Source: Bacillota bacterium
GTDB taxonomy: Bacteria; Bacillota; Clostridia; Oscillospirales; Oscillospiraceae
Direction: 5' to 3'
DNA length: 52,236 nucleotides
Assembly: GCA_029098045.1 (NCBI GenBank)
Contig: JAQXNO010000113.1
Coordinates: 1-52,236, forward strand
The notes under the pieces are model-generated. The model searched no databases and had not been told where the DNA came from. It saw only the letters and a list, made by a program, of their open reading frames with translations. The position numbers and the translations under genes are program-made. Shown here one piece after another: positions 1-8,728 of this stretch (the first letter of the stretch is position 1; each line of letters begins with the position of its first letter).

Positions 1-13
1 GGCGGAACGCCGC

Positions 14-141
14 CCCTTGGCTCTCCCTTTGGGAGAGCTGGCGGCGATCAGCCGCCTGAGAGGGTAACCAGCCCTCGACACCCTCTCAGTCAGCTTCGCT
101 GACAGCTCCCCCAGAGGGGGAGCCAAGGGCGCTGCCGCGCC
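14..141. repeat. Inverted pair of REP-like double-hairpin units (14-65 and 80-141)
   Basis: Unit 14-65 reads CCCTTGGCT-CTCCC-TTT-GGGAG-AGCT-GGCGGC-GATCA-GCCGCC-TGAGAGGG. Unit 80-141 is an inverted relative, and 81-141 matches the reverse complement of 10860-10920 at 59/61 nt. Confidence 0.85.
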
Positions 142-489
142 GGTGCGGATGCACCGCCCCAAAGGTGGATGTCGAAGGCAGTTACGAACCGGGAGAGCCC
201 AATGGTGTAACGACAAGCACAATCTGTCAGGCTCGCATTGTCAGCGGCGACACGCCGCCTCCCGCAATCGAGCCACCTCCCCAGACCCCTCCAGGCGACG
301 CATCGCCGGGGGTGCTGGTATACACGGTGCCTTTTAAGAAGATGTACATCGCATTCGGCGCGGTGCCTTTTCATCGGCTGGGAAACGGAAGGCTTTTCCT
401 TTCGTCACATTGCTTCCGCCACACCTGGGTTTCCTCGGACGGAATTGGGAGCAGGGGAGCAGTGCAAAAATAAGTTCTCCGACAGCCTG

Positions 490-523
490 AAAAAGGAAGG
501 GACTGCCGCGGCAGTCCCTTTTT
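490..523. terminator. Intrinsic terminator downstream of the P-type ATPase
   Basis: Perfect palindrome AAGGGACTGCCGCGGCAGTCCCTT (497-520) with A/T tracts on both sides, just past the stop at 528. Confidence 0.8.
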
Positions 524-527
524 GCAG

Positions 528-2879
528 TTATTTTTTCCTGTAAAGCAGCCGGATGGAATTGAGCACGCACAGCATGGCGACGCCGGAATCCGCAAAGACG
601 GCCATCCACATGGAGGCGTGTCCCGCAAGACCCAGCACCATCACAATGGCCTTGATTGCCAGCGCGAACACCACATTCTGCCAGGCGATGCGCCCCGTTT
701 CCCGGGCAATGTCCACGGCTTCGGGAATGGCCTCCGCCTTGGATGTCATAAACACCACGTCGGATACCTCGATGGCCGCGTCGGCACCGCTGCCCATGGC
801 AGCACTCACGTCCGCGCCTGCCAGAACCGGCGCGTCGTTGATGCCGTCACCCACATACAGGACAGCGCCGTGCTTTTCGCGAATCTGCTGCAAGGCGGTC
901 AGCTTATCCTCCGGCAGCAGCTGGGCGCGTACCTCATCCATGCCGATTTGCGACCCGATGGAGGCGGCAGTGAAGGTGTTGTCACCGGTGAGCATGGCGG
1001 TATGCAGACCCATGCGCTTCAGCTGGGCCACGGCATCCTTTGCATTGGGCTTCAGGGTATCCGCAATCAGAAGATCTCCAAGATATGCCCCGTCTGCGGC
1101 CACGAACACCTGCGTGCCGGCACAGTCCTTTGTGTCCGGCAGGCGAATGCCGTAGGCTGCCATGAGCTTTTCATTGCCGCAGAGGATTTCTTTCCCATTC
1201 AGGGTTGCCCGGATGCCGTGACCTGCGATCTCTTCGACCTTTTCGGGCGCTTCCGGGTGCAGTCCCCTTTCTGCCGCTGCCTGCAGAATGCTGGCGGCGA
1301 TGGGATGGGTGGAATACTGCTCGCAGGAGGCGGCGACGGCCAGCGTCTCCTGACTGCCCCGGATGGACTGCACCAGAAAATCTCCCCGGGTGAGCGTGCC
1401 GGTTTTATCCATGATGACGGCTTTGATGCTGCCCAGTGCCTCCATGGCCAGTCCGCCTTTGAAAAGGATGCCCTTTTTACCGCCCACACCGATGCCGGAG
1501 AAAAATGCCAGGGGCACACTGAGCACCAGGGCACAGGGACAGCTCATGACAAGAAACGACAGGGCAGTGTAGACCCAGTATGACCAGTTGCCCGTGCAAA
1601 GAGAGGGAACGACGGCGACAAAAGCGGCCAGCGCCACCACAACGGGGGTATAGACCCGGGCAAACCGGGTGATGAACCGGTCGATTTTCGGCTTGCCCGC
1701 GGCGGCATTTTCCACACTGGAGAGAATCCGGGAGACCATGGATTCCGACAGGGGGCGTTCGGTGCGCATGATCAGCTGGCCGGACAGGTTCACACAGCCG
1801 GAGGTGATGCTGTCGCCGGGGTGAACACCCACAGGAACCGGTTCGCCGGTGATGGGGGCAGTGTCGATGCGGCTTTCACCGCGCATGACGATGCCATCCA
1901 GCGGAACCCGGTCGCCGGGGCGTACGATGAGAAGATCGCCGATTTTTGCTTCCCGGGCCGGGATGGTGGTGCCGTCTTCCAGAATGACGACCTCGGGCCG
2001 CAGATCGATGGCCTCCGTGATCTGGCGGCGGCTGCGGGCCACGGCCGTTTCCTCGAAATATTGACCGATGCGGTAAAACAGCATGACACCTACGGCTTCT
2101 GCAAAGTCACCGATGGCAAAGGCACCCAGGGTGGCAATGCTCATGAGAAAATTTTCATCCAGCACATGGCCTTTTGCCAGATTCCGGGCGGCAGTGGCAA
2201 TGACCTCCAGACCGAGGATCAGGTAGGCGGCGATAAAGAGAACCGCACTGAGGGGAATTTCCCAGAGGATCACATCCAGAATCACATCTTTCAGAAGCAG
2301 TCCCAGCACGAACAGAACTGTGCCGACGACAATGCCAAGGGGACTTTCCCCATCCCCGTGGTGGGTATGGCTGTGATGGTCATGACCGTCGTGGTCGTGA
2401 TGGTGTTCTTCATGGTCGTGATGGTGTTCTTCATGGTCGTGATGGTGCTCTTCGTGGTCGTGATGGTGCTCTTCGTGGTCGTGATGGTGCTCTTCATGGT
2501 TGTGGTGATGTTCTTCGTGGTCGTGGTGATGCGCTTCATGGTCATGATGATGACCGCAGCCGCAGGCCTGGTGGTCATGCTCATGATGGTGACCGCAGCC
2601 GCAGCCCTGGTGGTCATGGTGATGTTCATGGCTTTCCCGGTGGCGGCCGCTCTCCGATGCCTCCCGGTGCAGAATCCTGGCATCGCTTTCCACGGTTCGG
2701 GCGATGGCGGTGAGGGTTTCGATCAGCCCGTCGGGGTCTTCGGCTGTCAGGTGGAGCTGTTTGGTGGGGAAGCTGATGACGGCTTCCTCCACTTCGGGCA
2801 GGGCATTGAATTTCGCCTCTATCTTCGCCGCACAGTTGGCACAGTCCAGATTTTCAATGAGATATACTTTCTTTGGCAT
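528..2879 (-). CDS. cadA: Heavy-metal (Zn/Cd/Pb) translocating P1B-type ATPase with N-terminal HMA domain and long His-rich linker
   Basis: LDCANCA HMA motif, TGEP, SCPCAL, DKTGT, STHP, GDGINDAP. Start reassigned to MPKKVY (2879), preceded by AAGGAGG. Confidence 0.93.
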   Translation of the reverse strand: MPKKVYLIENLDCANCAAKIEAKFNALPEVEEAVISFPTKQLHLTAEDPDGLIETLTAIARTVESDARILHREASESGRHRESHEHHHDHQGCGCGHHHEHDHQACGCGHHHDHEAHHHDHEEHHHNHEEHHHDHEEHHHDHEEHHHDHEEHHHDHEEHHHDHDGHDHHSHTHHGDGESPLGIVVGTVLFVLGLLLKDVILDVILWEIPLSAVLFIAAYLILGLEVIATAARNLAKGHVLDENFLMSIATLGAFAIGDFAEAVGVMLFYRIGQYFEETAVARSRRQITEAIDLRPEVVILEDGTTIPAREAKIGDLLIVRPGDRVPLDGIVMRGESRIDTAPITGEPVPVGVHPGDSITSGCVNLSGQLIMRTERPLSESMVSRILSSVENAAAGKPKIDRFITRFARVYTPVVVALAAFVAVVPSLCTGNWSYWVYTALSFLVMSCPCALVLSVPLAFFSGIGVGGKKGILFKGGLAMEALGSIKAVIMDKTGTLTRGDFLVQSIRGSQETLAVAASCEQYSTHPIAASILQAAAERGLHPEAPEKVEEIAGHGIRATLNGKEILCGNEKLMAAYGIRLPDTKDCAGTQVFVAADGAYLGDLLIADTLKPNAKDAVAQLKRMGLHTAMLTGDNTFTAASIGSQIGMDEVRAQLLPEDKLTALQQIREKHGAVLYVGDGINDAPVLAGADVSAAMGSGADAAIEVSDVVFMTSKAEAIPEAVDIARETGRIAWQNVVFALAIKAIVMVLGLAGHASMWMAVFADSGVAMLCVLNSIRLLYRKK
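2385..2552 (-). repeat. In-frame 21-bp tandem repeat, 8 units encoding HHH[D/N]H[EE/EA/DG]
   Basis: Repeated GTGATGGTG(T/C)TCTTC(A/G)TGGTC on the + strand. Translation: HHHDHEA, HHHDHEE, HHHNHEE, HHHDHEE x4, HHHDHDG. Confidence 0.95.
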
Positions 2880-2900
2880 CAAAACCGCCTCCTTGAATTG

Positions 2901-2960
2901 ATACATGAGCAATCGTTCATATGTTGATATCAGTATACGCCTCTTTTCCGCCCTTGTCAA
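2901..2960 (-). promoter_or_regulatory. sigma-A promoter of the ATPase plus ArsR/SmtB (CadC/CzrA-like) operator
   Basis: TTGACA (2960-2955)-N17-TATACT (2937-2932). Immediately downstream is the imperfect inverted repeat ACATATGAACGATTGCTCATGTAT (2924-2901) with an ATGA-N8-TCAT core. Confidence 0.8.
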
Positions 2961-2986
2961 GCAAAAAAGAGGCATATGCCGTAACT

Positions 2987-3715
2987 TTATTCTTCGATCA
3001 CCGTTACCTCGCCCATCCGGGAGATCTGCCGGATTGTGCCATCCTGAATGCAGTAGGCCTCCCCGTACAGCAGCGTCTGATCCTCGTCGATCAAAAGATA
3101 TGTGCCGTCCACAAAGGCGAAGAAGCATTCGCCCATGCTGTCGGCATAGGTGATGTCTTCAAAAAGCCGCTTGCCGTCCAGCAGACGATCCTTTACCTGC
3201 TGGTAGTGGGGCAGTACATTCACATGGGTGATGCCAAGACCCGGCAGAAAGCGCTGAAAATCCGGGTCGGATTCCCCGTCTTCCTCCGGCTGGACATAGA
3301 CCCGCTGCGCGGCATTCATGGTTCCGGCACTGATGCCAAGGAGGACACCCTGATAATCGCGGAGCAATTCCTTTAATCCGATTTCACGGAAAAAGGCGTT
3401 CTGGGTTGGGACATGGCCACCGGCCAGAATGATGAGATCCGACTGCCAGATCAAAATCTGGGCATCGTGCTGATTGCGGCGATCCAGTACGGTCAGCTCG
3501 GAAAAAGCAATGCCCGCCTCCCGGAACGCATTGCCAGTTTCCCAGCAATAGTAATCCGTATTGTCCGGGTCATCCGGCGATGAACAGATATAAAGGCACC
3601 GGGGATTGGGTCTCAGGCAGGAGGTCAGATTTTCCAGAAAACCGTTTTCCGGATTTATAATCGCCCGGGGCGCCAGGTATACACAGGGACTGCTGGTCAG
3701 AAATGCAATCATCAT
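2987..3715 (-). CDS. Peptidase S51 (dipeptidase E / type 1 glutamine amidotransferase-like) family protein
   Basis: IILAGGH, nucleophile elbow GISAG, GLG..VLPHY. AAAGGAG RBS before the ATG at 3715. Confidence 0.8.
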   Translation of the reverse strand: MMIAFLTSSPCVYLAPRAIINPENGFLENLTSCLRPNPRCLYICSSPDDPDNTDYYCWETGNAFREAGIAFSELTVLDRRNQHDAQILIWQSDLIILAGGHVPTQNAFFREIGLKELLRDYQGVLLGISAGTMNAAQRVYVQPEEDGESDPDFQRFLPGLGITHVNVLPHYQQVKDRLLDGKRLFEDITYADSMGECFFAFVDGTYLLIDEDQTLLYGEAYCIQDGTIRQISRMGEVTVIEE

Positions 3716-3735
3716 GCTCACTCCTTTGCTTCTAC

Positions 3736-3834
3736 ATTATAGCACGACGACAGAAAATGGCAATGTCTGCACCTGTAAAAGAAATGTGAATTGTGCAGCG
3801 GCGCTCTTGCCATTTTTTCCAGCCATGGTATAAT
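3736..3834. promoter_or_regulatory. Back-to-back divergent sigma-A promoters
   Basis: Minus strand TTGCCA (3763-3758)-N16-TATAAT (3741-3736). Plus strand TTGCCA (3807-3812)-N16-TATAAT (3829-3834). Both have the TGn extension. Confidence 0.65.
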
Positions 3835-3867
3835 GTGTGTAATGTTTTTGGATATGAGAGGGTTGGA

Positions 3868-4770
3868 ATGATGAAGAAAATGCTGTTTGTGATGAATCCC
3901 TGCTCCGGTATGCGGCGGGCAGCCCGGTATCTGACGGAGATCATCGATATCTTCAACCGGGCGGGCTACGAGGTGATCACCCATATCACCGGCGGACAGG
4001 CAGACGCCACAAATATTGTCAGGCAGACGGCTTCCCGCGTGGATCTGGTGGTCTGCTGCGGCGGTGACGGTACCTTCAATGAAACCGTTTCCGGCCTGCT
4101 GAGCAGCGGCGTGGACGTGCCCATTGGCTATATTCCGGCCGGATCTACCAACGATTTTGCCGCCAGTCTGGGGCTGCCCACCGATATTTTGCAGGCGGCA
4201 AGGGATATTGTGGAGGCAGAGCCGGTTTGCTATGATGTGGGCAAGTTTGGCGATCGCTATTTTTCCTATGTGGCCTCCTTCGGCGCTTTCACAAAGGCCA
4301 GCTATATGACCCCCCAGAACGTCAAAAACGCCCTGGGTCATGTGGCCTATGTGCTGGAGGGCATCAGTGAGCTGTCCCAGATTCGGAAGGAGCATGTGTG
4401 CTTCGAGATCGATGGCCGGATGGAGGAGGGTGACTTCATCTTTGGCGCCATCAGCAACTCCACCTCTGTGGGCGGTATTCTCACATTGGATCCCAGACAG
4501 GTGGATATGTCGGACGGAAAGCTGGAGGTGATGCTGGTGCGGGCACCGACGGATCTGAAGGATCTGTCCGAGTGTCTCATCGCATTGCAGAAACAGAAAT
4601 ATAACTGTGCCATGATCACCTTCTGCAGCGCACGGAAAATCAGAGTGTTCGCAGACCCGCAGATGCCCTGGACACTGGATGGGGAGCGGGAGGATGGCCA
4701 TGACATGGTGGAAGTGGAGAATGTGCACCATGCCATCCGGCTGATGCAGAGGGTAAAGCAGAATGATTAA
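3868..4770 (+). CDS. Diacylglycerol kinase family (YegS/DgkB-like) lipid kinase
   Basis: NPxSG, CGGDGT, PAGSTNDFA, GHVAY, LDGE motifs. Confidence 0.9.
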   Translation: MMKKMLFVMNPCSGMRRAARYLTEIIDIFNRAGYEVITHITGGQADATNIVRQTASRVDLVVCCGGDGTFNETVSGLLSSGVDVPIGYIPAGSTNDFAASLGLPTDILQAARDIVEAEPVCYDVGKFGDRYFSYVASFGAFTKASYMTPQNVKNALGHVAYVLEGISELSQIRKEHVCFEIDGRMEEGDFIFGAISNSTSVGGILTLDPRQVDMSDGKLEVMLVRAPTDLKDLSECLIALQKQKYNCAMITFCSARKIRVFADPQMPWTLDGEREDGHDMVEVENVHHAIRLMQRVKQND

Positions 4771-5233
4771 CTCCACACTTTGCTACGTTACCCGTGGGGA
4801 CGAGGTGCTGATGCTCCACCGGGTGAAAAAGAAAAATGACGTGAATCAGGACAAATGGATTGGCATCGGTGGGAAATTTGAGGCCGATGAGACTCCCGAT
4901 GAGTGCCTGCTGCGGGAAGCGCTGGAGGAAACGGGGCTGACCCTGACGCACTGGAAGTGCCACGGCGTGGTCACATTTCTGACCAATGGCCCGTGGGATG
5001 GGGAATATATGTACCTGTTCACGGCTGACGCTTTTGAAGGGGAACTGAAAGAATGTGACGAGGGGGATCTGCGCTGGGTCAGCCGGGGATTCTTAGATCA
5101 GCTGCCCAAGTGGGAAGGAGATCAGATTTTTCTGGATCTTCTCTGGCAAGACGCACCCTTCTTCCTGCTGAAGCTGCGCTATGACGGGGACGCACTGGTG
5201 GAGGCCGTCCTCAACGGCGAAAAAATCCGATAA
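4763..5233 (+). CDS. mutX: Nudix hydrolase, MutX/MutT-like 8-oxo-dGTP diphosphatase
   Basis: Nudix box GGKFEADETPDECLLREALEETGL, plus ECDEGDL and WEGD. Overlaps the stop of the lipid kinase. Confidence 0.85.
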   Translation: MINSTLCYVTRGDEVLMLHRVKKKNDVNQDKWIGIGGKFEADETPDECLLREALEETGLTLTHWKCHGVVTFLTNGPWDGEYMYLFTADAFEGELKECDEGDLRWVSRGFLDQLPKWEGDQIFLDLLWQDAPFFLLKLRYDGDALVEAVLNGEKIR

Positions 5234-5237
5234 AATA

Positions 5238-5279
5238 ATTTGCCCGTTAAAATGGTTTGAACCGTTTTAACGGGCAAAT
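5238..5279. terminator. Long hairpin between the convergent Nudix and MATE genes
   Basis: ATTTGCCCGTTAAAATGGTT-TG-AACCGTTTTAACGGGCAAAT. Confidence 0.65.
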
Positions 5280-5445
5280 GCTTTGTACCTCCCTCCGGGA
5301 GGTTTTTTCTTTTCATGAAAACCTGGTTGAAAGCTTTGAATCAGGCGCTCGTATCAAACAGGGGCCTGATCCGCTGACGGTAAATCCGCAGATAGAGTAC
5401 CAGTGTGATGGCGCAGCTGACAACCTCCGCAATGGGGAAGGAAAG

Positions 5446-6714
5446 CTACACGTTGTTGACATTTCCGGTCAGGCTCAGCAGATACGCGGCGGGCAGCAGC
5501 ACGATCAGCTGACGGCAAAGCGCGGTGATCGTGGCGTATATTCCGTTGCCCAGCGCCTGGAAGGAGGCACCCAGCGCAATGCACACGGCCGCAACCGGGA
5601 AGCACCAGCTGATGGTACGCAGGGCGCTGCGTCCGATGGTCAGAAACTCCGCACTGGGATTAAACAGCCCCAACAGCAGGTCCGGAAGCAGCTGGAACAC
5701 CAAAAGGCCCATGACCATCAACGAAAGCGCGGCGGAGCAGGCAACCTTCAGAACCTTGACAATGCGCGCCGGCTTTCGGGCGCCGTAGTTGAAAGCGATG
5801 ATGGAGATGGTGGCACCGTTGAGGGCAAACAGCGGCATAAAGAAGAAGCTCTGGAGCTTGAAGTAGATGCCGAAGACACTGGTGGCAGTCTCGGTGAAGC
5901 CCTGCAGAATCTGATTAAGACCAAAGCTCATAATCGAGCCGATGCCGTTCATAATGATGGAAGGGACGCCGACGGTCAGAATGGGCGCAATGATGTGCCA
6001 AGAGGGAACGGCGTATTTTCTGCCGAAGTGAACCTCGGGATTGTGCTTTTCGTTTAGATAAAGACCCAGAAACGCGCCGGACCACTGGCCGATGACGGTG
6101 GCCCACGCGGCACCGGCAATGCCCAGAGCGGGCAGACCGAACCAGCCGTGAATCAGAATGGGGTCCAGGACGATGTTGATGACGGCACCCAGACCCTGGG
6201 TGTACATGGTATAAACGGTGCGGCCTGTGGCCTGCAGCAGACGCTCGGAGAGAATCTGCATAAAGCAGCCCAGTGTCAGCAGACAGCAGATGCGGGTGTA
6301 GATGATGCCGCCTTCCACGGTTTGGGTCACATCGGACTGCATTTCAAAGTAGGGACGGACACCGAATGCGCCAAACAGCATGAACATGGCGGCGGCGATC
6401 AGCATCAGAACAATGCCGTTGCCGGCTGTGCGGTTGACGGCATCCTGATTTTGCTCACCAAGGCTTTTGCTCAAAAGGGAATTGACACCCACACCGATGC
6501 CCACGGCAAAACCGATCTGCAAATTCTGGATCGGGAAAGCCAGCGACAGAGCGGTGACGGCGCTTTCGGAAATCTGGGAAACGTAGATACTGTCCACCAC
6601 GTTGTACAGCGCCTGCACCAGCATGGACAGAACCATGGGCAGGGCCATGTTGGCCAGCAGCCTGCCAATGGGCATGGTGTCCATCTTGTTTTCCTGTAAG
6701 GGACGATTGCTCAT
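5446..6714 (-). CDS. MATE family efflux transporter, truncated by a premature TAG (homologous frame continues to 5341)
   Basis: MALPMVLSMLVQALYNVVDSIYV, NIVLDPILI, GIAGAAWAT, FNYGA. After the TAG at 5446-5448 the same frame gives LSFPIAEVVSCAITLVLYLRIYRQRIRPLFDTSA-stop. Confidence 0.88.
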   Translation of the reverse strand: MSNRPLQENKMDTMPIGRLLANMALPMVLSMLVQALYNVVDSIYVSQISESAVTALSLAFPIQNLQIGFAVGIGVGVNSLLSKSLGEQNQDAVNRTAGNGIVLMLIAAAMFMLFGAFGVRPYFEMQSDVTQTVEGGIIYTRICCLLTLGCFMQILSERLLQATGRTVYTMYTQGLGAVINIVLDPILIHGWFGLPALGIAGAAWATVIGQWSGAFLGLYLNEKHNPEVHFGRKYAVPSWHIIAPILTVGVPSIIMNGIGSIMSFGLNQILQGFTETATSVFGIYFKLQSFFFMPLFALNGATISIIAFNYGARKPARIVKVLKVACSAALSLMVMGLLVFQLLPDLLLGLFNPSAEFLTIGRSALRTISWCFPVAAVCIALGASFQALGNGIYATITALCRQLIVLLPAAYLLSLTGNVNNV

Positions 6715-6808
6715 GTGTTGCTCCTTTTTCTGTATGATCGGTAATATGCCTCTTTTCACATAATACGCATTTTGTTATTCTACACCAGAGTGGCGGAAAA
6801 ATCAATCT

Positions 6809-6838
6809 AAAAGCACCGCTGCGCCTGGCAGCGGTGCT
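6809..6838 (-). terminator. Intrinsic terminator after the small P-loop protein gene
   Basis: AGCACCGCTGC-N5-GCAGCGGTGCT followed by a T tract on the minus strand. Confidence 0.7.
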
Positions 6839-6856
6839 GATGTTCATGTGGCAAAA

Positions 6857-7276
6857 TTACAGATACTTCTTCATTTCCTCGGATGCCTTGGCCACATCTT
6901 CGGAGATACTGAAGGTCAGGTTCATGCTGTTGACTTCTGCGAAGCGGGCAGCCCAGGACAGGAACTCGTCCACCATCTCCAGACCGCCGTCCATGGGCTT
7001 GTTGATGGTTTTGTACAGATTGTCAACGAAAACATGTGTAATGTCGAAATTACCGGCGTGCAAACCGCTCAGGAAGCCCTTCAGCTGGTCGGGGCTGTTG
7101 ATGCCGTATTCCTTGGCATCCACCAGACGGACACGGTAGTTCAGATCATAAGTAAGGGTTTTGCCATATTCGATGCAAACCACATCGCCGGCCGCGGTGT
7201 CAACGGCCTGATGCACTGCGTCGATCAGCTTCTTGGTCTTGCCGGAGCCCTTCAGGCCCAGAATTACATGAATCAT
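6857..7276 (-). CDS. Small conserved P-loop-containing protein of unknown function
   Basis: Walker A GLKGSGKT at the N-terminus and Walker B-like HVFVD. AAGGAGG RBS before the ATG at 7276. Confidence 0.8.
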   Translation of the reverse strand: MIHVILGLKGSGKTKKLIDAVHQAVDTAAGDVVCIEYGKTLTYDLNYRVRLVDAKEYGINSPDQLKGFLSGLHAGNFDITHVFVDNLYKTINKPMDGGLEMVDEFLSWAARFAEVNSMNLTFSISEDVAKASEEMKKYL

Positions 7277-7423
7277 CGGAATTTCCTCCTTTGCTATGCC
7301 ACTAGATTGGCTTATGGACATTCTAACAGCTTGCGGCAGATTTTGCAACTACTATTTTGTGAATTTGGCAAAGAAATATTTATGGGAAGAGCCAAGTGTC
7401 GCTGCAGTGCGCACACAAAGCGT

Positions 7424-8728
7424 TCACTGTTCATAGCCGGGCTTGCCCAGCAGACAGAGCATATTGCGCTTGTAGAGCTCCACCCCGGGCTGATTGAAGG
7501 GATTTACCCCCAGAATATAGGCGGAAATGCCGCAGGAAAGCTGGAAGAAGTAGAAGAGTTCCCCCACTTTCCGCGGGTTCAGCTCGCCGCAGTCCACGCA
7601 GATCACGGGAACGCCGCCGTCCGCATGGGCAGCGAGGGTGCCAAGATACGCCTGCTCGTCCACAAAGTCCAGGGTTTTTCCCGCCAGATAGTTCAGCCCG
7701 TCCAGATCCTTGTAGTCGGAGACGATGGTATACTTCTGAGCGGGAGGTGTGAAACGGATCATGGTTTCAAAGAGATTCCGCTGCCCCTGCTGAATCAACT
7801 GCCCCAGGGAATGCAGATCGGTGGTAAGCTCTGCACAGGCGGGGAAAATGCCCTTGCCGTCCTTGCCCTCGGACTCGCCGAAGAGCTGCTGCCACCAGGC
7901 ACCGAAGCTTCGAAAGTCCGGCTCAAAGGATTCCAGAAGCTCGATGGCCTTGCCGCTGCGGTACAAGAGATTTCGCACCGCCGCGTACAGCCAGACGGGG
8001 TTTTCGAAAGAACGCAGGTCGTAGCTTTCTTTGGCATCCATGGCGCCGTTCATCACTTCCATGATGTCGATGCCGGCAACGGCCATGGGAAGCAGACCCA
8101 CCGGGGTCAGCACGCTGTAGCGGCCGCCCACATTGGGTGGGATGACGAAGGTCTCCCATCCTTCCTCCGCAGCCATCTGGCGCAGGGCACCGTCTGTCGG
8201 GTCGGTGACGGCATAGATGCGGCGGCGAGCCTCGTCGCTGCCATACCTGCGCTCCAGCATCCAGCGAAGGGCGCGGGCTGCGATGGCAGGCTCCGTGGTA
8301 GTGCCGGATTTGGAGATGATGACAATGGAAAAATCCTTCCCCTCCAGCAGCTTTTGAAGCTCGTTCCATTGGCGGGTACTCAGGGAGTTTCCGGCAAAGA
8401 AGATCTGGGGATCGCCTTTTCCTTTTTGAATGTTGTGATGGCTGCCTTGAAGCAATTCAATGGCTGCCCGGGGTCCCAGATAGCTGCCGCCGATGCCGAC
8501 CACCACCAGAACATCCGAATCAAATCGGATCTGCTCCGCTGCCTGCCGGACGCGCTGAATCTCTTCCGTGGGTTCCCGCGCCGGCAGATCCAGCCAGCCC
8601 AGATATCCGCTGCCTGCGCCGGTTCCTTCCGATAACGTCATGTGGGCATCGAAAACTTCCTTTTCCAGAGAAAGAAGATCGGGCAGGGAGATCTGCCCCC
8701 ATACATTGGAAATATCAACCTGAATCAT
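7424..8728 (-). CDS. pgi: Glucose-6-phosphate isomerase
   Basis: GIGGSYLG, SKSGTTTE, GGRYSV, QLFGESEGKDGKG, DLHSLGQ, PFNQPGVE. The start could also be 8743. Confidence 0.95.
   Translation of the reverse strand: MIQVDISNVWGQISLPDLLSLEKEVFDAHMTLSEGTGAGSGYLGWLDLPAREPTEEIQRVRQAAEQIRFDSDVLVVVGIGGSYLGPRAAIELLQGSHHNIQKGKGDPQIFFAGNSLSTRQWNELQKLLEGKDFSIVIISKSGTTTEPAIAARALRWMLERRYGSDEARRRIYAVTDPTDGALRQMAAEEGWETFVIPPNVGGRYSVLTPVGLLPMAVAGIDIMEVMNGAMDAKESYDLRSFENPVWLYAAVRNLLYRSGKAIELLESFEPDFRSFGAWWQQLFGESEGKDGKGIFPACAELTTDLHSLGQLIQQGQRNLFETMIRFTPPAQKYTIVSDYKDLDGLNYLAGKTLDFVDEQAYLGTLAAHADGGVPVICVDCGELNPRKVGELFYFFQLSCGISAYILGVNPFNQPGVELYKRNMLCLLGKPGYEQ

Noticed and set aside
165-473. 102-aa Pro-rich ORF and other short ORFs in 90-630
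   Set aside because: No RBS, overlapping repeat and terminator sequence, and no recognisable protein features.
2385-2552. Regular short repeats resembling a CRISPR array
   Set aside because: Tandem units without unique spacers, in frame within the ATPase, and no cas genes.
2880-3128. N-terminal extensions in the ORF track (ATPase, ruvA, ruvC, eutA, eutB, purL, zinc ribbon and others)
   Set aside because: They run through promoters or upstream genes. Downstream starts have clear RBSs and match family N-termini.
5446-5448. Genome-wide TAG recoding or pyrrolysine
   Set aside because: TAG ends eutL, eutE and the cyclase at expected positions, and no pyl genes are in the window.
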